DNA from: Octopus sinensis
Lineage: Eukaryota
DNA length: 64,000 nt
Direction: 5' to 3'
NCBI RefSeq assembly: GCF_006345805.1
Contig: NC_043020.1
Coordinates: forward strand, 21,204,001 to 21,268,000
In this document: one piece after another, positions 12,065 to 25,307 of the stretch
Numbering within the stretch: the first letter of the stretch is position 1
Layout: each line of letters starts with the position of its first letter
Program-made: the position numbers and the translations under genes
Notes under the pieces: generated by a model
What the model was told of the DNA's origin: nothing
The model's input: the letters and a program-made list of their open reading frames with translations, nothing else
Databases searched by the model: none

Positions 12065-14960
12065 CAAGGGCTGTAAAAAATTAATTGCAATATATTGGTC
12101 CAATTAATTGATTGGAGTCGTACTGCCAATTAAATAATTGATTGCTATCATATCAATTAATTGCAGTTACTTGCAACATTGTCAGCGAAAGTTTTTCAAA
12201 TGGCTCATACTTCATTCAACGTTCAAATACAAATACAGCGTTCTATTATTATTTAAGATATTGTGTTGATGCTTTGTTCTGATTGCTGAGAACGATTCAC
12301 ACATTCTGTTGTGCTTAGGAATTGACTATTATGTTTGTTGTCAAGTGTTGATGCTTGATTCAGACTGTTGAGAATGTTACACATTTTATCATGCTTGGGA
12401 ATTGGCTATTGTGTATCTTGTCAAATAACCAATGTCAAGTGTTGATGCTTGGTTAGGACTGCTAAGAATGATTCACACATTCTGTTGTTTGGGAACTGGC
12501 TATTGTGTATGTTGTCAAATAATCGCTGTTGAGTGATTCTTGGTTCTGACTGCGAGAATGATTCACACATTTTGTCTTCAAGTCATCAAATCGTAACTTC
12601 GCCTGCAACATGGTTGTATCTTGAATTTCGCTCCATCATATTAACTGAATCAGACTTTCATCAGCAGAGTGGCAAAATACCTTCTATTTTAAACTGTGGC
12701 AAAATATCTTCTATTTTAAATTGCGGAAAAATATCTTTTATCTTAAACTAACCCATGCCGTGTGAAAACAAGCAAATCATTAGAAAATATTTTAACTAAA
12801 CAGACAGTGGACAGTGGAAATGCAAGTGTGGAAAAAAGTTGACCCGAAAAAAAGGAACTGGATGGACAACTCTTATGAATCATATAAAAAGCCAGCATCT
12901 AGAGTATTCTACTACACAAACAACTGGACAACCATCCTTATTGAGTTTTCTTTCACCATGAAGTAGTTTGGTCAGTCGCTCGGTCTTAAATGTTTATGGT
13001 TGGATTTTCCCTTACTAAAGACCCACTGACTCATAAATACACAAACTTAGAAAGTATGACAAATGTGACCTTAAAGAAATACATGGAGAAACTTACTCAA
13101 GAAGTGGAAAAGAAAATATCTGATGAACTTCCAAGTAAATTTTCAATGGTAATCGATGGTTGGACTAAGGGTTCGCCACATTTCATTGAACTTTTTGCAT
13201 TTAATTCATGCAATTATCAAAATTACTATTATACTATTTTGGCATTGTATTGTATTGTTGGTAAGGGAAGCATCATTCACTGCTTCTAATTATGTCAAAT
13301 TTATAGAGTATGTGTTAAGTATTCTCTTTCTTTTTCTCTTTTACTTGTTTCAGTCATTTGACTGTGACCATGCTGGAGCACTGCCTTTGGTCGAGCAAAT
13401 CGACCCCAGGACTTATTCTTTGTAAGCCTAGTACTTATTCTATCGGTCTCTTTTGCCGAACTGCTAAGTTACAGGGACATAAGCACACCAGCATTGGTTG
13501 TCAAGCAATGTTGGGGGGCACAAACACAGACACACAAACATATACACATATGTACATATATATATATATATATAAACATATATACGATGAGCTTCTTTCA
13601 GTTTCTGTCTACCAAATCCACTCACAAGCCTTTGGTCGGCCCGAGGTTATAGTAGAAGACACTTGCCCAAGTACCATGCAGTGGGACTGAACTCAGAACC
13701 ATGTGGTTGGTAAGCAAGCTACTTACCACACAGCCACTGCTATGCCTATCTATAACAAAAATGTTTAAATGTTGTAGCTATTACCAGAGATAATAGTGAA
13801 GTGAACAAATCTATAGCAAATTTATGTAGAATACCATTAATTGGATGGTGCCTCTCATAAATTCAATCTAGCTGAAGTTCTATTTGATAAAATTAATATG
13901 TTGATGGGCAAGCTAAAATCATCAAAACTTGCGGGTAAACTTCAGGGAAAAATGCCTTTACAACCTATACAAAGAAATAAAACCTGTTGGTCCACTACTT
14001 ATGACATGATTGAGAGGTACCTCCAACTCAAGCTTTTCAAGGTGATCCAAAGCTGGTTGGTTATCTGTTGACTCCACATGATCTGAATGATCTGCAGAGT
14101 CTAAAAGACAATTTAGGAAAGTTACACTCAATAACAGTTATCTTGCAAAGAACAGAAATAGATTTGGGAGATGCTTGAATTCTTTTTGATGAAATTCTTG
14201 CATTGTATCCTTACAAGGGGTTCAAAAAATATTTGCTTCCATCGGCAGCCATTGTGCACAGCCTGAATTTGGAAGTGGAGTTGTGAAAATTTTACAACAT
14301 GTAGAAGCAGAGCCAACTGCAGATGAAGTGGCTGCTCTCCATCAGCTGAAAGTGGTGACAGACATGTCACAACAGTCTGATTTACCTGTAGATGATGATT
14401 TTGCTTCAATTTGAAAAACCACAAAAAAGATAAATTTTACCTCTGCAATATTTGAACTGTAGATTTTTGTTACTTCAGCTCTGCAGGTTATGCAGTTAAT
14501 GATTAAAAATGCAATTATTTCTAAAAGTCAATTGAGCTTTCTGGGATGAAGACCTAGTTTCAGAAATCTGCAATCGTTCATGACCTTTTGCTATATTAGA
14601 ACATTTTAACTGTGCTACTCGTTTGAGAAACTCTTTCAATTAAAGATCTTCAATTTATTTGTTATTCAGCTACTGTACAATGTAGAGTATACATGTTTGT
14701 TCCCTATTCTAAATCAATAAAATTGATCTTTGAACATTTTCTGGTGATAAAGATTTTAGAAACTATAAGACGTGCCTTTTATTTTCCTATTATTTTGGCT
14801 CTAATCTAAACTGAAGCTAACACTCCAAAATATATGGTGTTTTTACATTCAGTAAAATAATTGACAATTAATTGGCGTTAATTGGAATAATTGACTGGCC
14901 TGTATCCCAATTAAATTTAATTGATTGCTAGGAAAATAATTGATTTATTTACAACCCTTG
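12065..14960 (+). mobile_element. hAT DNA transposon with both TIRs and 8-bp TSD; transposase decayed
   Basis: TIR CAAGGG(C/T)TGTAAA at both ends; perfect TSD GCAGAATC at 12057-12064 and 14961-14968. Transposase remnants LPSKFSMVIDGWT (12990-13289) and GASHKFNLA...KTCWSTTYDMIERY (13841-14071). Subterminal repeats of about 80 bp at 12263-12590. Confidence 0.92.
13335..13746 (-). mobile_element. tRNA-derived SINE, family B, inserted in the hAT transposase (related copies at about 16085-16330, 22525-22899, 27880-28030, 52330-52500, 58360-58520, 58860-59110)
   Basis: Head GTGGCTGTGTGGTAAGTAGCTTGCTTACCAACCACATGGTTC.G.GTTCAGTCCC, internal TA/TG microsatellite and tail CAGTCAAATGACTGAAACAAGTAAAAGA recur throughout the window. 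Confidence 0.85.
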
Positions 14961-14995
14961 GCAGAATCACTCACAATTGTTTGTGTTACTTTTAG

Positions 14996-15308
14996 GTATT
15001 GGAAATGCTGTCGTCTACATTCCTTCAATGGTGGTAGTTAGTGAGAAGTTTGACAACCATGCTTCAATGCTCACCATGATTCTCACAGCAGGCCGGCCAG
15101 CTGGAGTCTTGTTGTTTCCTATCATCATCAACTTTCTAATGGAAATCTACTTCTGGCAAGGAACATTGCTCATCATCAGTGGGTTCTTGCTCAATATTGT
15201 ATTGTTTGGCTTGCTGGCCACCTCGCCGATTCTTATTCCTTCTTCAGATGTTCAAAATACAGATGTTCAAAAGAAAACCTGGAATTTCTCTGTGTTAAAA
15301 AATACCAA
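14996..15308 (+). CDS. SLC16/MCT-like MFS transporter, first visible coding exon (about TM4-TM6 plus short loop)
   Basis: Acceptor ttacttttag|G, phase 1; GIGNAVVYIPSMVVVSEKF...YFWQGTLLIISGFLLNIVLFGLL resembles MCT TM4-6. The donor AA|gttggt is weak but gives an in-frame join (NTK|YVLT) to the next exon. Confidence 0.85.
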
Positions 15309-17362
15309 GTTGGTGCTACATAGAGTTTGTACTTTCATTAATTGTCTGTAAAATGCATGTTTGCTTTATGGATTTTTGAATTTTACGATACATTTGCTTT
15401 TTTTAATTTTTAATGAGTAAGGTAAAGCTGGCTGTTATCATTGTTGCTGATTAGTTCCAAGTCAATTCTAATTAAATAGACAAATGATCTGAACATTCAA
15501 GCAATGGCCATCCTATCTTCTTTCCAGGCAATGCATCAGGGCTGTTATCCGAATTGTGTTAGTCTGCATTTACTTAACACAAGACAGTGTGGTATGAGGA
15601 GAATTTTAACTGCTTTTCTGGCTGCACTGACTTGTTGGCCAGTGTGTAGGGGTGAGAAGATAAATGTGTAAGGGAGAGAGACATTTAATGGGGAGAGGGA
15701 TGACAGGATTAATGCGTAGGGGAGATTTTAATGGGCAGAGGGGACAAAAATGGTGAGTGTGTGTGTGAGTGCATGTGTGTAGAGAGAGGTGAGATATAGC
15801 TAGTATGTGTGTATGTATGCGTAGAGCAAAGTGATGGTTAATGAGTATGTAGAAGGCAATGAGTTTGTAGTGGGAGAAAGTTAATATGGGTTTGATGTGA
15901 ACTGAAGATAAAATAATGATGGTAGAAGGTACCACTGCAACCACACTATATCCTGTTTTGGATTACAATGTCCAATATTGCCTTCCTTTTTAAGTGTGAT
16001 TTTAGGAAAATTTAATTGCTGTTTTTAGCATATCTAGTAACTAAATGGGGGCTGTCTTGTTGATCCACTGCTTATCTTTTATTTGTTTCAGTCATAGGGG
16101 CCATGCTAGGGCAGTGGCTTGAAAGATTCTAGTCAAACAGATCAACCCTAGCTCTTATTTTTATAAACCTGATATTTTGTCTATCAGTCTCTTTTGATGA
16201 ACTGCTAAGTTCATCAAACCAACACCAGATGACAGGAAGTGGTGGAGGACAAATGCAAACACTCACACATACATATATATATATATATATATGTGTGTGT
16301 ATTTATTTAGATGACAGGTTTCTGACTATCTGCCCCACTTCTCTCTTACTTCTCTCTGACTGCCAATCTCTCTCTCTCTCTCTCTCTCTCTCTTGCTCCC
16401 TCATTGTTTTTTCATTGATAGTTTACCCTTGAGGATGGGCTGTGACCATTGCCTTCAAGGACCCTCTGAAACCACATTGGGTTTGACATGGTTGATGTTC
16501 CTGAGAAACTACAAGTTGATGGCTGGAGATAAAACATAGTGGTGAGGTAGCAGTCATTAGAACATTGGACAGAATGTCTGGCAGTATTCATTCCATGTCT
16601 CAGCACTCTGAGTTCAAATCTTGCTACAATCACTTTACCTTCTACCCTTTCAGGGTCAACAAATGAAGTACTGAGACTGATGCCTTATCTGTGGTCAAGG
16701 TTAGATTCTGCTAAGCTGAAAATGTGATTATTATACTGGCACTTGTACAATTCCATTAGAAATTGAAAGCTCAAGGGTTGACCATGTTTGTTTATGATTT
16801 GATTCTTTTCTAGATATGTGCTGTGATTGTCTCCTTTATGCTTTGGAAGGAGACAAGTCCAACAGGACTTTATTAGAGATTGTGAGGTCTGTTTTTTGGA
16901 ATCAGTGCACATCTGGCATAGCATGTAGCTGAGGTTTGGGAGTGAAAGGCTACTGGTGTAGCATAACACCCTGTAACTTGCTTCCAAAGGTCTGGGTAGA
17001 TCCTTGAAGAGAAATTGACTGAAGATTTTGGTGAGGATAGGGACTAACTCTCTTTCATGTCTAGAAGGCTATCTTTCTCTTGTTTTTGTGTCTCCCTCTT
17101 TTGTTTATCCTTCTCCCTTACTCTTCTCGCTGTCTGTTTCTCTTTTCTATCTATGTGTGTGTGTGTCTCTCTCTCTCTCTCCTTTCTATACCTCTCTTTT
17201 CTATGTCTGTCTATCTTGTTTTCTTTGTCTTTCTTTTGTCTGTTTTCAATCTGATCTTTGAATGTCTGGCCATCAGCATACAAATAACAAAACCTTACTT
17301 TTGAAGATTACATGTTTAAAACCCCTATTTTCACTGACTGACCCATATCCTCTTGTTGGTAG

Positions 17363-17515
17363 GTATGTGCTGACAATGCTGAGTCTAAGCATCATGAACA
17401 GTACCCTCAGTGCTGTTGTTGTCATCATGATAGATTTCTTCATGGAGCGTGGTTATAGCAAAGGTAAAGCTGTCTTTCTCTTAAGTGCCCAGTCCTTTGC
17501 AGCACTTTTAGCAAG
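17363..17515 (+). CDS. SLC16/MCT-like transporter exon (TM7-TM8)
   Basis: Acceptor gttggtag|G and donor AG|gtttgt, phase 2-2; YVLTMLSLS...ERGYSKGKAVFLLSAQSFAALLAR resembles MCT TM8 'AAFLLS......AR'. Confidence 0.88.
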
Positions 17516-17738
17516 GTTTGTAATTATTTGCAGTTTATTGTCACTTTGTTTCTCTTATTAATTTCTCTCTCTCCTTGTCTATCTATCTATCTATCTGTTT
17601 TGTCAGTTTTATTCAACTGTCTCTCTCCTTCCTCCCCCTCTCATTCTCTTCTATCTATCTACCTGTCATCCACCTTCCTCATATCCCTTTCTCTCCTTTC
17701 TCCCTCTTTTTTCTATCTTTCACTTTTCTTTCAATTCA

Positions 17739-17779
<41 letters not shown>

Positions 17780-17910
17780 ATCCCTCTCTTCCTCTTTCAT
17801 TTACTTATCTATTTATATATTCATTTGTCTGTCTGTTCTATTTACATCCATCCTACTCTTTTTTTGACATCTTCTGACCTGTCTTCATCATTCCCTTTCC
17901 TCTCTCATTC

Positions 17911-18006
17911 TCTTTATACATTTTCTTTCATCAGCATCTTTTCTTTCACACACATCCCATTTTCTCTCTCATTTCTTACACCCTTTCTACCTCTAGTTTT
18001 CTTTTG

Positions 18007-18075
<69 letters not shown>

Positions 18076-18566
18076 TCATATATGAAAGAAAAAAAGTCCT
18101 TTGTGTCTCTTAAAAATTGTAGGATCTCCATTGAGTACTGAAATTGTAGACCCTCCACTGAGTATTGTAATTGGGGAGTCAATTATTATAGTTCTCCAGA
18201 CCATTTCAGAGGAACTTCTGTTTGTCAATGTATAATAAGTGAATGCAACTTGTGGAAGTGAGAGAATAATGAAGACATAGAGAAAATTGGTGAAGATTGA
18301 TTTCCAGAGGCCAAGCATTATAAAGACAAGAAAGGATCACATTAAATGGTAAAATGCTGTGCCAGGGATACATGCCCAACCTATACAACCATGGAAAATC
18401 AGATGTAAAAGGATGATGATGATGTTGGTAATGAGAAAGAGCCCCTATTATCACTCCAGCTTTCTCTCATCATACCACTGTGTAATGAGTTCCACTTTGG
18501 ATTTTTCTTTTGCTGTCCAAATGCTCCCTCCCTAATATTACTCCCACCTCTATTACTTATTGTTGA

Positions 18567-18608
<42 letters not shown>

Positions 18609-18700
18609 TTATACATTTTCTTTCATCAGCATCTTTTCTTTCACACACATCCCATTTTCTCTCTCATTTCTTACACCCTTTCTACCTCTAGTTTTCTTTT

Positions 18701-18742
<42 letters not shown>

Positions 18743-19240
18743 TCATATATGAAAGAAAAAAAGTCCTTTGTGTCTCTTAAAAATTGTAGGATCTCCATTG
18801 AGTACTGAAATTGTAGACCCTCCACTGAGTATTGTAATTGGGGAGTCAATTATTATAGTTCTCCAGACCATTTCAGAGGAAACTTCTGTTTGTCAATGTA
18901 TAATAAGTGAATGCAACTTGTGGAAGTGAGAGAATAATGAAGACATAGAGAAAATTGGTGAAGATTGATTTCCAGAGGCCAAGCATTATAAAGACAAGAA
19001 AGGATCACATTAAATGGTAAAATGCTGTGCCAGGGAATACATGCCCAACCTATACAACCATGGAAAATCAGATGTAAAAGGATGATGATGATGTTGGTAA
19101 TGAGAAAGAGCCCCTATTATCACTCCAGCTTTCTCTCATCATACCACTGTGTAATGAGTTCCACTTTGGATTTTTCTTTTGCTGTCCAAATGCTCCCTCC
19201 CTAATATTACTCCCACCTCTATTACTTATTGTTGACATCT
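17911..19240. repeat. Near-identical tandem duplication, period about 695 bp, bounded by (CT)n tracts
   Basis: 17911-18570 is repeated from 18606; visible differences are CT-tract length and 1-nt homopolymer indels. Confidence 0.95.
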
Positions 19241-19528
19241 CTCTCTCTCTCTTCTCTCTCTTTCTCTTTCTTTCTCTCTCTCTCTCACTGAATATGATGA
19301 TGATCTTCATCATCACATGAAATCTCATCATATAGTTGCCATAAGAAGACTTTTATCAAGATTTTAATTTAAATGTGAACACTTTAGACAGTCAATCTTG
19401 ATCAAGTATTAAAATGCAAGTCCAAGTTTAGTAATTCAAAAGTCATTTATAATAATGATGATGATAATCAATTGGAAGTACTTATATTTATTCATTCATT
19501 TATTTATTCATTGTCTTTCTATTTCCAG

Positions 19529-19821
19529 GGGTCTGACAGCAGGAATGTCCTTTTTACCAAGCAAATGTCGGCCTCCAGAAATCTTTCTTCTCTTTATTAG
19601 TGGAATTGTCTCCAGTACAATACTTTTCTCTTTACCATTTATAAACAATTTCACAGTATTATGTATCATACTAATAATATCAGCTTTATTTGTAGGGATA
19701 AGGAACTCTGTTGTTCCAACCCTTTGTTTAAATATTCTTGGCAAAGAACATTATGCAATGGCCTTAGGTTTTTCACAAACTTTTATTGGCCTCGCTTCTA
19801 TTGTAATGGGATCCCTTGGAG
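19529..19821 (+). CDS. SLC16/MCT-like transporter exon (TM9-TM11)
   Basis: Acceptor atttccag|G and donor G|gtgagt, phase 2-1; GLTAGMSF...LFVGIRNSVVPTLCLNILGKEHYAMALGFSQTFIGLASIVMGSLG. Confidence 0.92.
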
Positions 19822-20817
19822 GTGAGTTGAGTATAATTTTGTTCAGCTAGAAATGATTCTCAAAAATTTTTCAATAACCCCACATACACACACACACACA
19901 TACACATTAACCATCTTATGGAGTGAGATCAATTTATCATACATTATTATAGGTATTTGGAGACAACTGAACCTTATGGTACACAAGAGTTGATAGTGTA
20001 TGGATTGGTGAAGCCTTTGTCAATGCATGCTGCAACTGAGAAATCAGACATATACTTTCAGTGTTTTCTTTGAAATTATCATAGAGAAATATATAATATA
20101 TAATGTATAGAATATTTCTGTAGACATATTCTATCTTCTTATAATCTGTTAAATTTAAGTGTTTTCAAGTTTTCAAGAGACCACCAAAATAGGACATAGG
20201 CATCAACATCTCTTGTAGATCTGCTCCCTAGAAACATTTGTGGTCACTGGGAAGAGACAGTCTCAAAGTGGTGATCTATGGCATTGCTGTTTATGACTGT
20301 TTCCATCATATTTTAGAAGTGAAGGTCACTACATTTTATGTTCTCTCAGTCCTGCTAAAGTATTCTTAGAGTGCTGGATAAATCCCTTTGTAATATTTAT
20401 TTTAGCCCTTTGCACTCTGAGTTCAAATCCTGCCTTTCATCCTTCTTGGTTTTATAAAATAAAGTATCTGTTGATGATACTTGCTTGGCAGAGCATCAGA
20501 CAGAATGTCTTGTGATATTTATTCCAGCTCTTTGCATTATGAGTTCAAATTGTACCTGTGGCCTACATGGATGGTAGACTCATTCCATTGCCCAGATTAA
20601 CACTACCATTTGGCTCAGTGGCACACAATCATGAGGTAATGAGTTTGATTCCTGGACTGAACTGTGTGTTATGTTCTTGAGCAAGACATTTTATTTCATG
20701 TTACTCCAGTTCACTCAGCTGTAGAAATGAATTGCAACATGACTGGTGCCAAGCTGTATTGGTCTTTGTCTTTCCCTTGGATAACATCGGTGGCATGGTG
20801 AGAGGAGGTTGAACTAT

Positions 20818-21800
20818 ACGGCCATTATATTGACGACTGTATCAGTGTGACCTCACTCTCCCATGAACATCTAGACTCCTTCCTCTTTTTTGTCAAATCT
20901 TTCCATCCTACCCTCCACTTCTCCTGCACTATCTCTGACGCTTCTGTCTCTTTTCTTGACATTTCAGTCAGCATTCATCACTCCACTCTCACCACCTCCA
21001 TCCACTACAAACACAAAGACTCACACTCATACCTCAACTTCTTCTCCTCCCACCCTAAACAAACCAAGCTTTCCATCCCCTATTCCCAATTCCTCCGTCT
21101 ATGCAGGCTCTGTAGTGGCAACCGTGACTTTGAGACTCAGTCTCAACTCATGGCTCGCCACTTCATCCTACATGGATATCCCCTCACCACTATCCAACCG
21201 CCCTTGCAGGAGCACATTCCGTGGACCGTACATCTGCTCTCTCCCCCCTCACCTGCCCTGCTATCTCCTGTTTCCCTTCACCTACCACCCCACCACCCTA
21301 CCTCTCCAACGCACCATTCTCCAAGCCTTTGGGCGACTCTAGTCCGACCCCTTTACTCCTACTCTCCTTCTCTCTTCTCTTCTCTCCTACCCACATTCTC
21401 CCTTCCCCCTTCCTCATCACCCCTCCCTCGTAACCCCACTCCTACCCAATTCATCCCATCCCACCTCTACACCCACTCCCACATACCACACCTCTACCCC
21501 ACCCTCAGCCTATCGACATACCCCACCTCTCAGCCTAACCCATACCCCACCCTTGCTTTCCCCACTCTCACCTCCCCCACCTCCCAACACCATCACACCA
21601 CACCACACACCACAACACCATACACCACCATACCACACAACACCACATCACATCACACCACCACGCACACACTAGCACTGACCACTTCCCAGCTCCACAT
21701 TCACACACCTACACATACACATATGTCAAGGTCACCAGCCCTCTTCTAGATGCACATACATACTCTCTTATACACACGCACATGCACCTTCGTTTGAAAT
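20818..21800 (+). mobile_element. Penelope-like element fragment (family 1): RT C-terminus, then CT/CA-rich tail; GIY-YIG lost
   Basis: ELYGHYIDDCI...SFLDISV...HYKHKDSHSYLNFFSSHP...SIPYSQFLRLCRLCS, highly similar to 37388-38550. Confidence 0.88.
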
Positions 21801-22441
21801 CACCACTACTTTATTATCTCCCTTTGTTCCTAGCTCTTGTGTGACTTCTCTGTCTGGCATTCTTTATTTTCACTCCTTGTTTCTTTCTGTGGAGCACTTC
21901 CTTGTGTACCATAAGGTTCAGTTGTCTCCAAATACCTAATACATCTGTTTGTTGTCTACACCACCTGTCTTCATCTTTTGTTTTTTTTGTGAATTCTCCC
22001 CATATATATATGGTATTTTTTTTAATATGCTGGCCATTGATAGTGTGCTCATATGAGGAAGCCTCATCAAGTGTGCTCATGACTTAGTGTTTGCTTCTTC
22101 ATTTATTTCTTACCGTATTTTCGGTAAGAAATAAATGGTGGTGTAATGTGATATTTTCGCCAATGAGGAGAAAATTCTTATGAATTAACTCTGAAATTGG
22201 GACTGATACGATAATAACAGAAGTTTTTAGAAATTTCGGTTGGCTTACTTCGAAACGCCTGCTTATAGTGATAAATTATATGGTTATTGACGATTTGTCT
22301 ATTTTCGGCATATTTGGCATTAGAATTTTTTTGTTTTGCCCTTGTTTATAAGTTGTTTATAAATTTAACCTTTAAAGGTATTTTTTAATATGCTGGCCAT
22401 TGATAGAATTTTTTTTGAAAAATTTTATCCTGTATTAGAGG

Positions 22442-22497
<56 letters not shown>

Positions 22498-22965
22498 ATA
22501 TACATACATACTATCCCTATATACTCTTTTACTTGTTTCAGTCATTTGACTGTGGCCATGCTGGAGCACCACCTTTAGTCAAACAAATAGATTCCAGGAT
22601 TTATTCTTTGCAAGCCTAGTACTTATTCTATCGGTCTCTTTTGCCGAACTGCTAATGTTACAGGGATGTAAACACACCAACATTGGTTATCAAGCAATGG
22701 TGGAGAGGACAGATGCAGACACAGACATAAATACACGCACACATATACACATGCACAGACACACACACACACACACACACACAACGAGCTTCTTTCAATT
22801 TCCGTCTGCCAAATCCACTTACAAAGCTTTGCTTGGCCCAAGGCTATAGTAGAAGACATTTGCCCAAGGTGCAAGCTTCTTACCACACAGCCACACTGTG
22901 CCTATTTTGTAATTTATTTTATTTTTCATTCATTTCTTTTTAATACTTTTTTTGTCTTCATGCAG

Positions 22966-23165
22966 GTTATATCCGAGATGTCACCAAATCATATGATACA
23001 ACCTTCATGGCATTTGCTGGATGGACATTCTTTTCAACTTTAATTCTTAGCACAATCTACATATTTCTCTACAGTAATTTGTTCAAAGCTCCTAAAGAGA
23101 AAAAAACTGTTTGTAATGATTTCATTTTGGTTGAACCGGAATGCCAATTTCCTCAAACCTTGTGA
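22966..23165 (+). CDS. SLC16/MCT-like transporter terminal coding exon (TM12, C-tail, TGA)
   Basis: Acceptor ttcatgcag|GT completes Gly; GYIRDVTKSYDTTFMAF is the MCT G.I.D.T.SY...F motif; stop TGA at 23163-23165. The four exons sum to 959 nt and are in frame. Confidence 0.92.
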
Positions 23166-24579
23166 ATCAGTGGTTGGTGGGATATGTACATAAGAGAACT
23201 CTCAACATAAAGTTACCCAACCCCACCACTAATGAATATTTCTAATTTTAAAAATAATCTTCCATCTTTTAAATTTTCTATGGTTCATTAATGATGAGGT
23301 TTCCTCATATGACACAATGATGGGCACACCACATGCTTCTGTTAATTACAGAATTAGTGTGTCATTGTTCCATTGATGTGTCTTTCACTGCCCTTAAAGT
23401 GCAAGCAGCACTAAAAAGGACTGTTTGGATTTTCAGCTGCAGATTCATTGTCTGGAAAAGTTCTAGGTGACATGAACAACAGTCAAATTGCCTCCAATAC
23501 TTTATTTTATTGACTCCCAGAATAATGAAAGGCAAAGTTGGCTTTCTTGAATCATCATCATCATTATCATCATCATCATCATCTTATGTCTGTTTTTCTG
23601 TGCTTGCAAGGGTTGGATAAGATTTCTATAACAACACATATCCTTACTTTTCAACAGCTGTCCATGAGTTTTAATATTCCAAAAGCATTAGAAGCCAAAA
23701 TTATTGTAGATATCAGAGTTATATTTGTATGATGATAAGTGACTTGTTCTGAGATTGTGTTGAAACCAAAACAATTCCATAACGGAAGAGCCCCAGTATC
23801 TATTTAGAAACACAAGTAAACTGATAAATATTAACTTTTTTATTATTTATTTCTTAATAGTATACAGAAGCAGAGTTGAATTATGAGTTGAAGAAGGGCA
23901 GCAAAACTTTTTGAGCCTTCATAACAGACTGTATCAAGCCTGTTGCCTGGGGATGCTTTGGAATATTTTGCGTGGAAACTAATTTGTATTGCAGGAAGAT
24001 TTTTGTAAACTGTATTTTCTAAATCCGAAGGTGCACCATTGAATCATGAGGGGTCAGTACCATCCAGTGCCCCTCACGTTAGCGATTGGCATGGACTGTA
24101 TTAATAAGAAAGAGTGTGAATATAACAATTTGTAATTTCATAAGTGACTTTAATGGCTCTACCAAAGTGATAAGTATCCCTGGTTCTTATGACGGTGACT
24201 GGGGTTTGATTCTCCTTGTGAAATGCTTAGTGGTATTTCACCCATTGCTACATTCTGAGTTCAAATCCTGCCATGGTTGAAATTTCCTTTCATTCTTTTA
24301 GGGTTGATTAAATAAGTATCAGTTACACACTGGGGTCGATGTAATTGACTTAATCCCCTGCCCACAAGCTGCCCTTATGGCAAAAATTGGAAATTATTAT
24401 TATTATTATTATAACATAATGTATTGGTCTAGTACTGAGCTTAATATAATTGACTAGCACACCTGCCTCTCAAAATTGCTGGCCCCGTGTATGTGTGTGG
24501 CTGTGGGTGTATGTGTGTACATGTATATTTATATATATACATACATACATACATACATACATACATTCACATACACACA

Positions 24580-24615
<36 letters not shown>

Positions 24616-25237
24616 AGGGGAAACAAAAATCTAAAGTAAAAGATTTTTATACAAATAGTATAATTTTTATTAAATCTAAAACTCCTAACAAATGCTATGT
24701 TCAAATCAAATGTAGAAAATGTGTTTCTTTTAGTGTCAAACCAGCTTTTATAATCTTTTGAATATCGGTTGACATACTTTGAAACATAAATCAGCTGTCA
24801 AATGGTGAAAAGAATGAAGATTACATAGTCACAGCTGGAATTTTTTAAGTAATGATACATCTCTTCATATTACTGACTTAGGAGCAAACAACTGCAATGC
24901 AACAACAAACCAATGAGGGAGCTTCCTCAGGGTAACATGACCTGTATTAATATGTATATACATTTGTGTGTGTGTGTGTGTGTGTCCATAAACACAGAGG
25001 TCTTTTGCACAGTTTTTGTGAAGCAAATTCCATGCACAAGCTATTAGTGAACATTATTAGAAAAAAAAAGACAGTTGTTCTAGGTGTCATGAGAGGTCAA
25101 CCAGGAACCATGAGGCCGCAAGGCAAATTCACTTTCCACACAACCATTATTTGCACATATCTGTATATTTTAATAATATCATATTATATGTTTATGTATA
25201 AATGTATGAATGTATATACGTGAGAGTGTGTGTGTGT

Positions 25238-25307
<70 letters not shown>

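Noticed and set aside
12990-14424. Domesticated hAT (ZBED-like) gene
   Set aside because: Stops, frameshifts, a SINE insertion and intact TIRs/TSD indicate a dead transposon.
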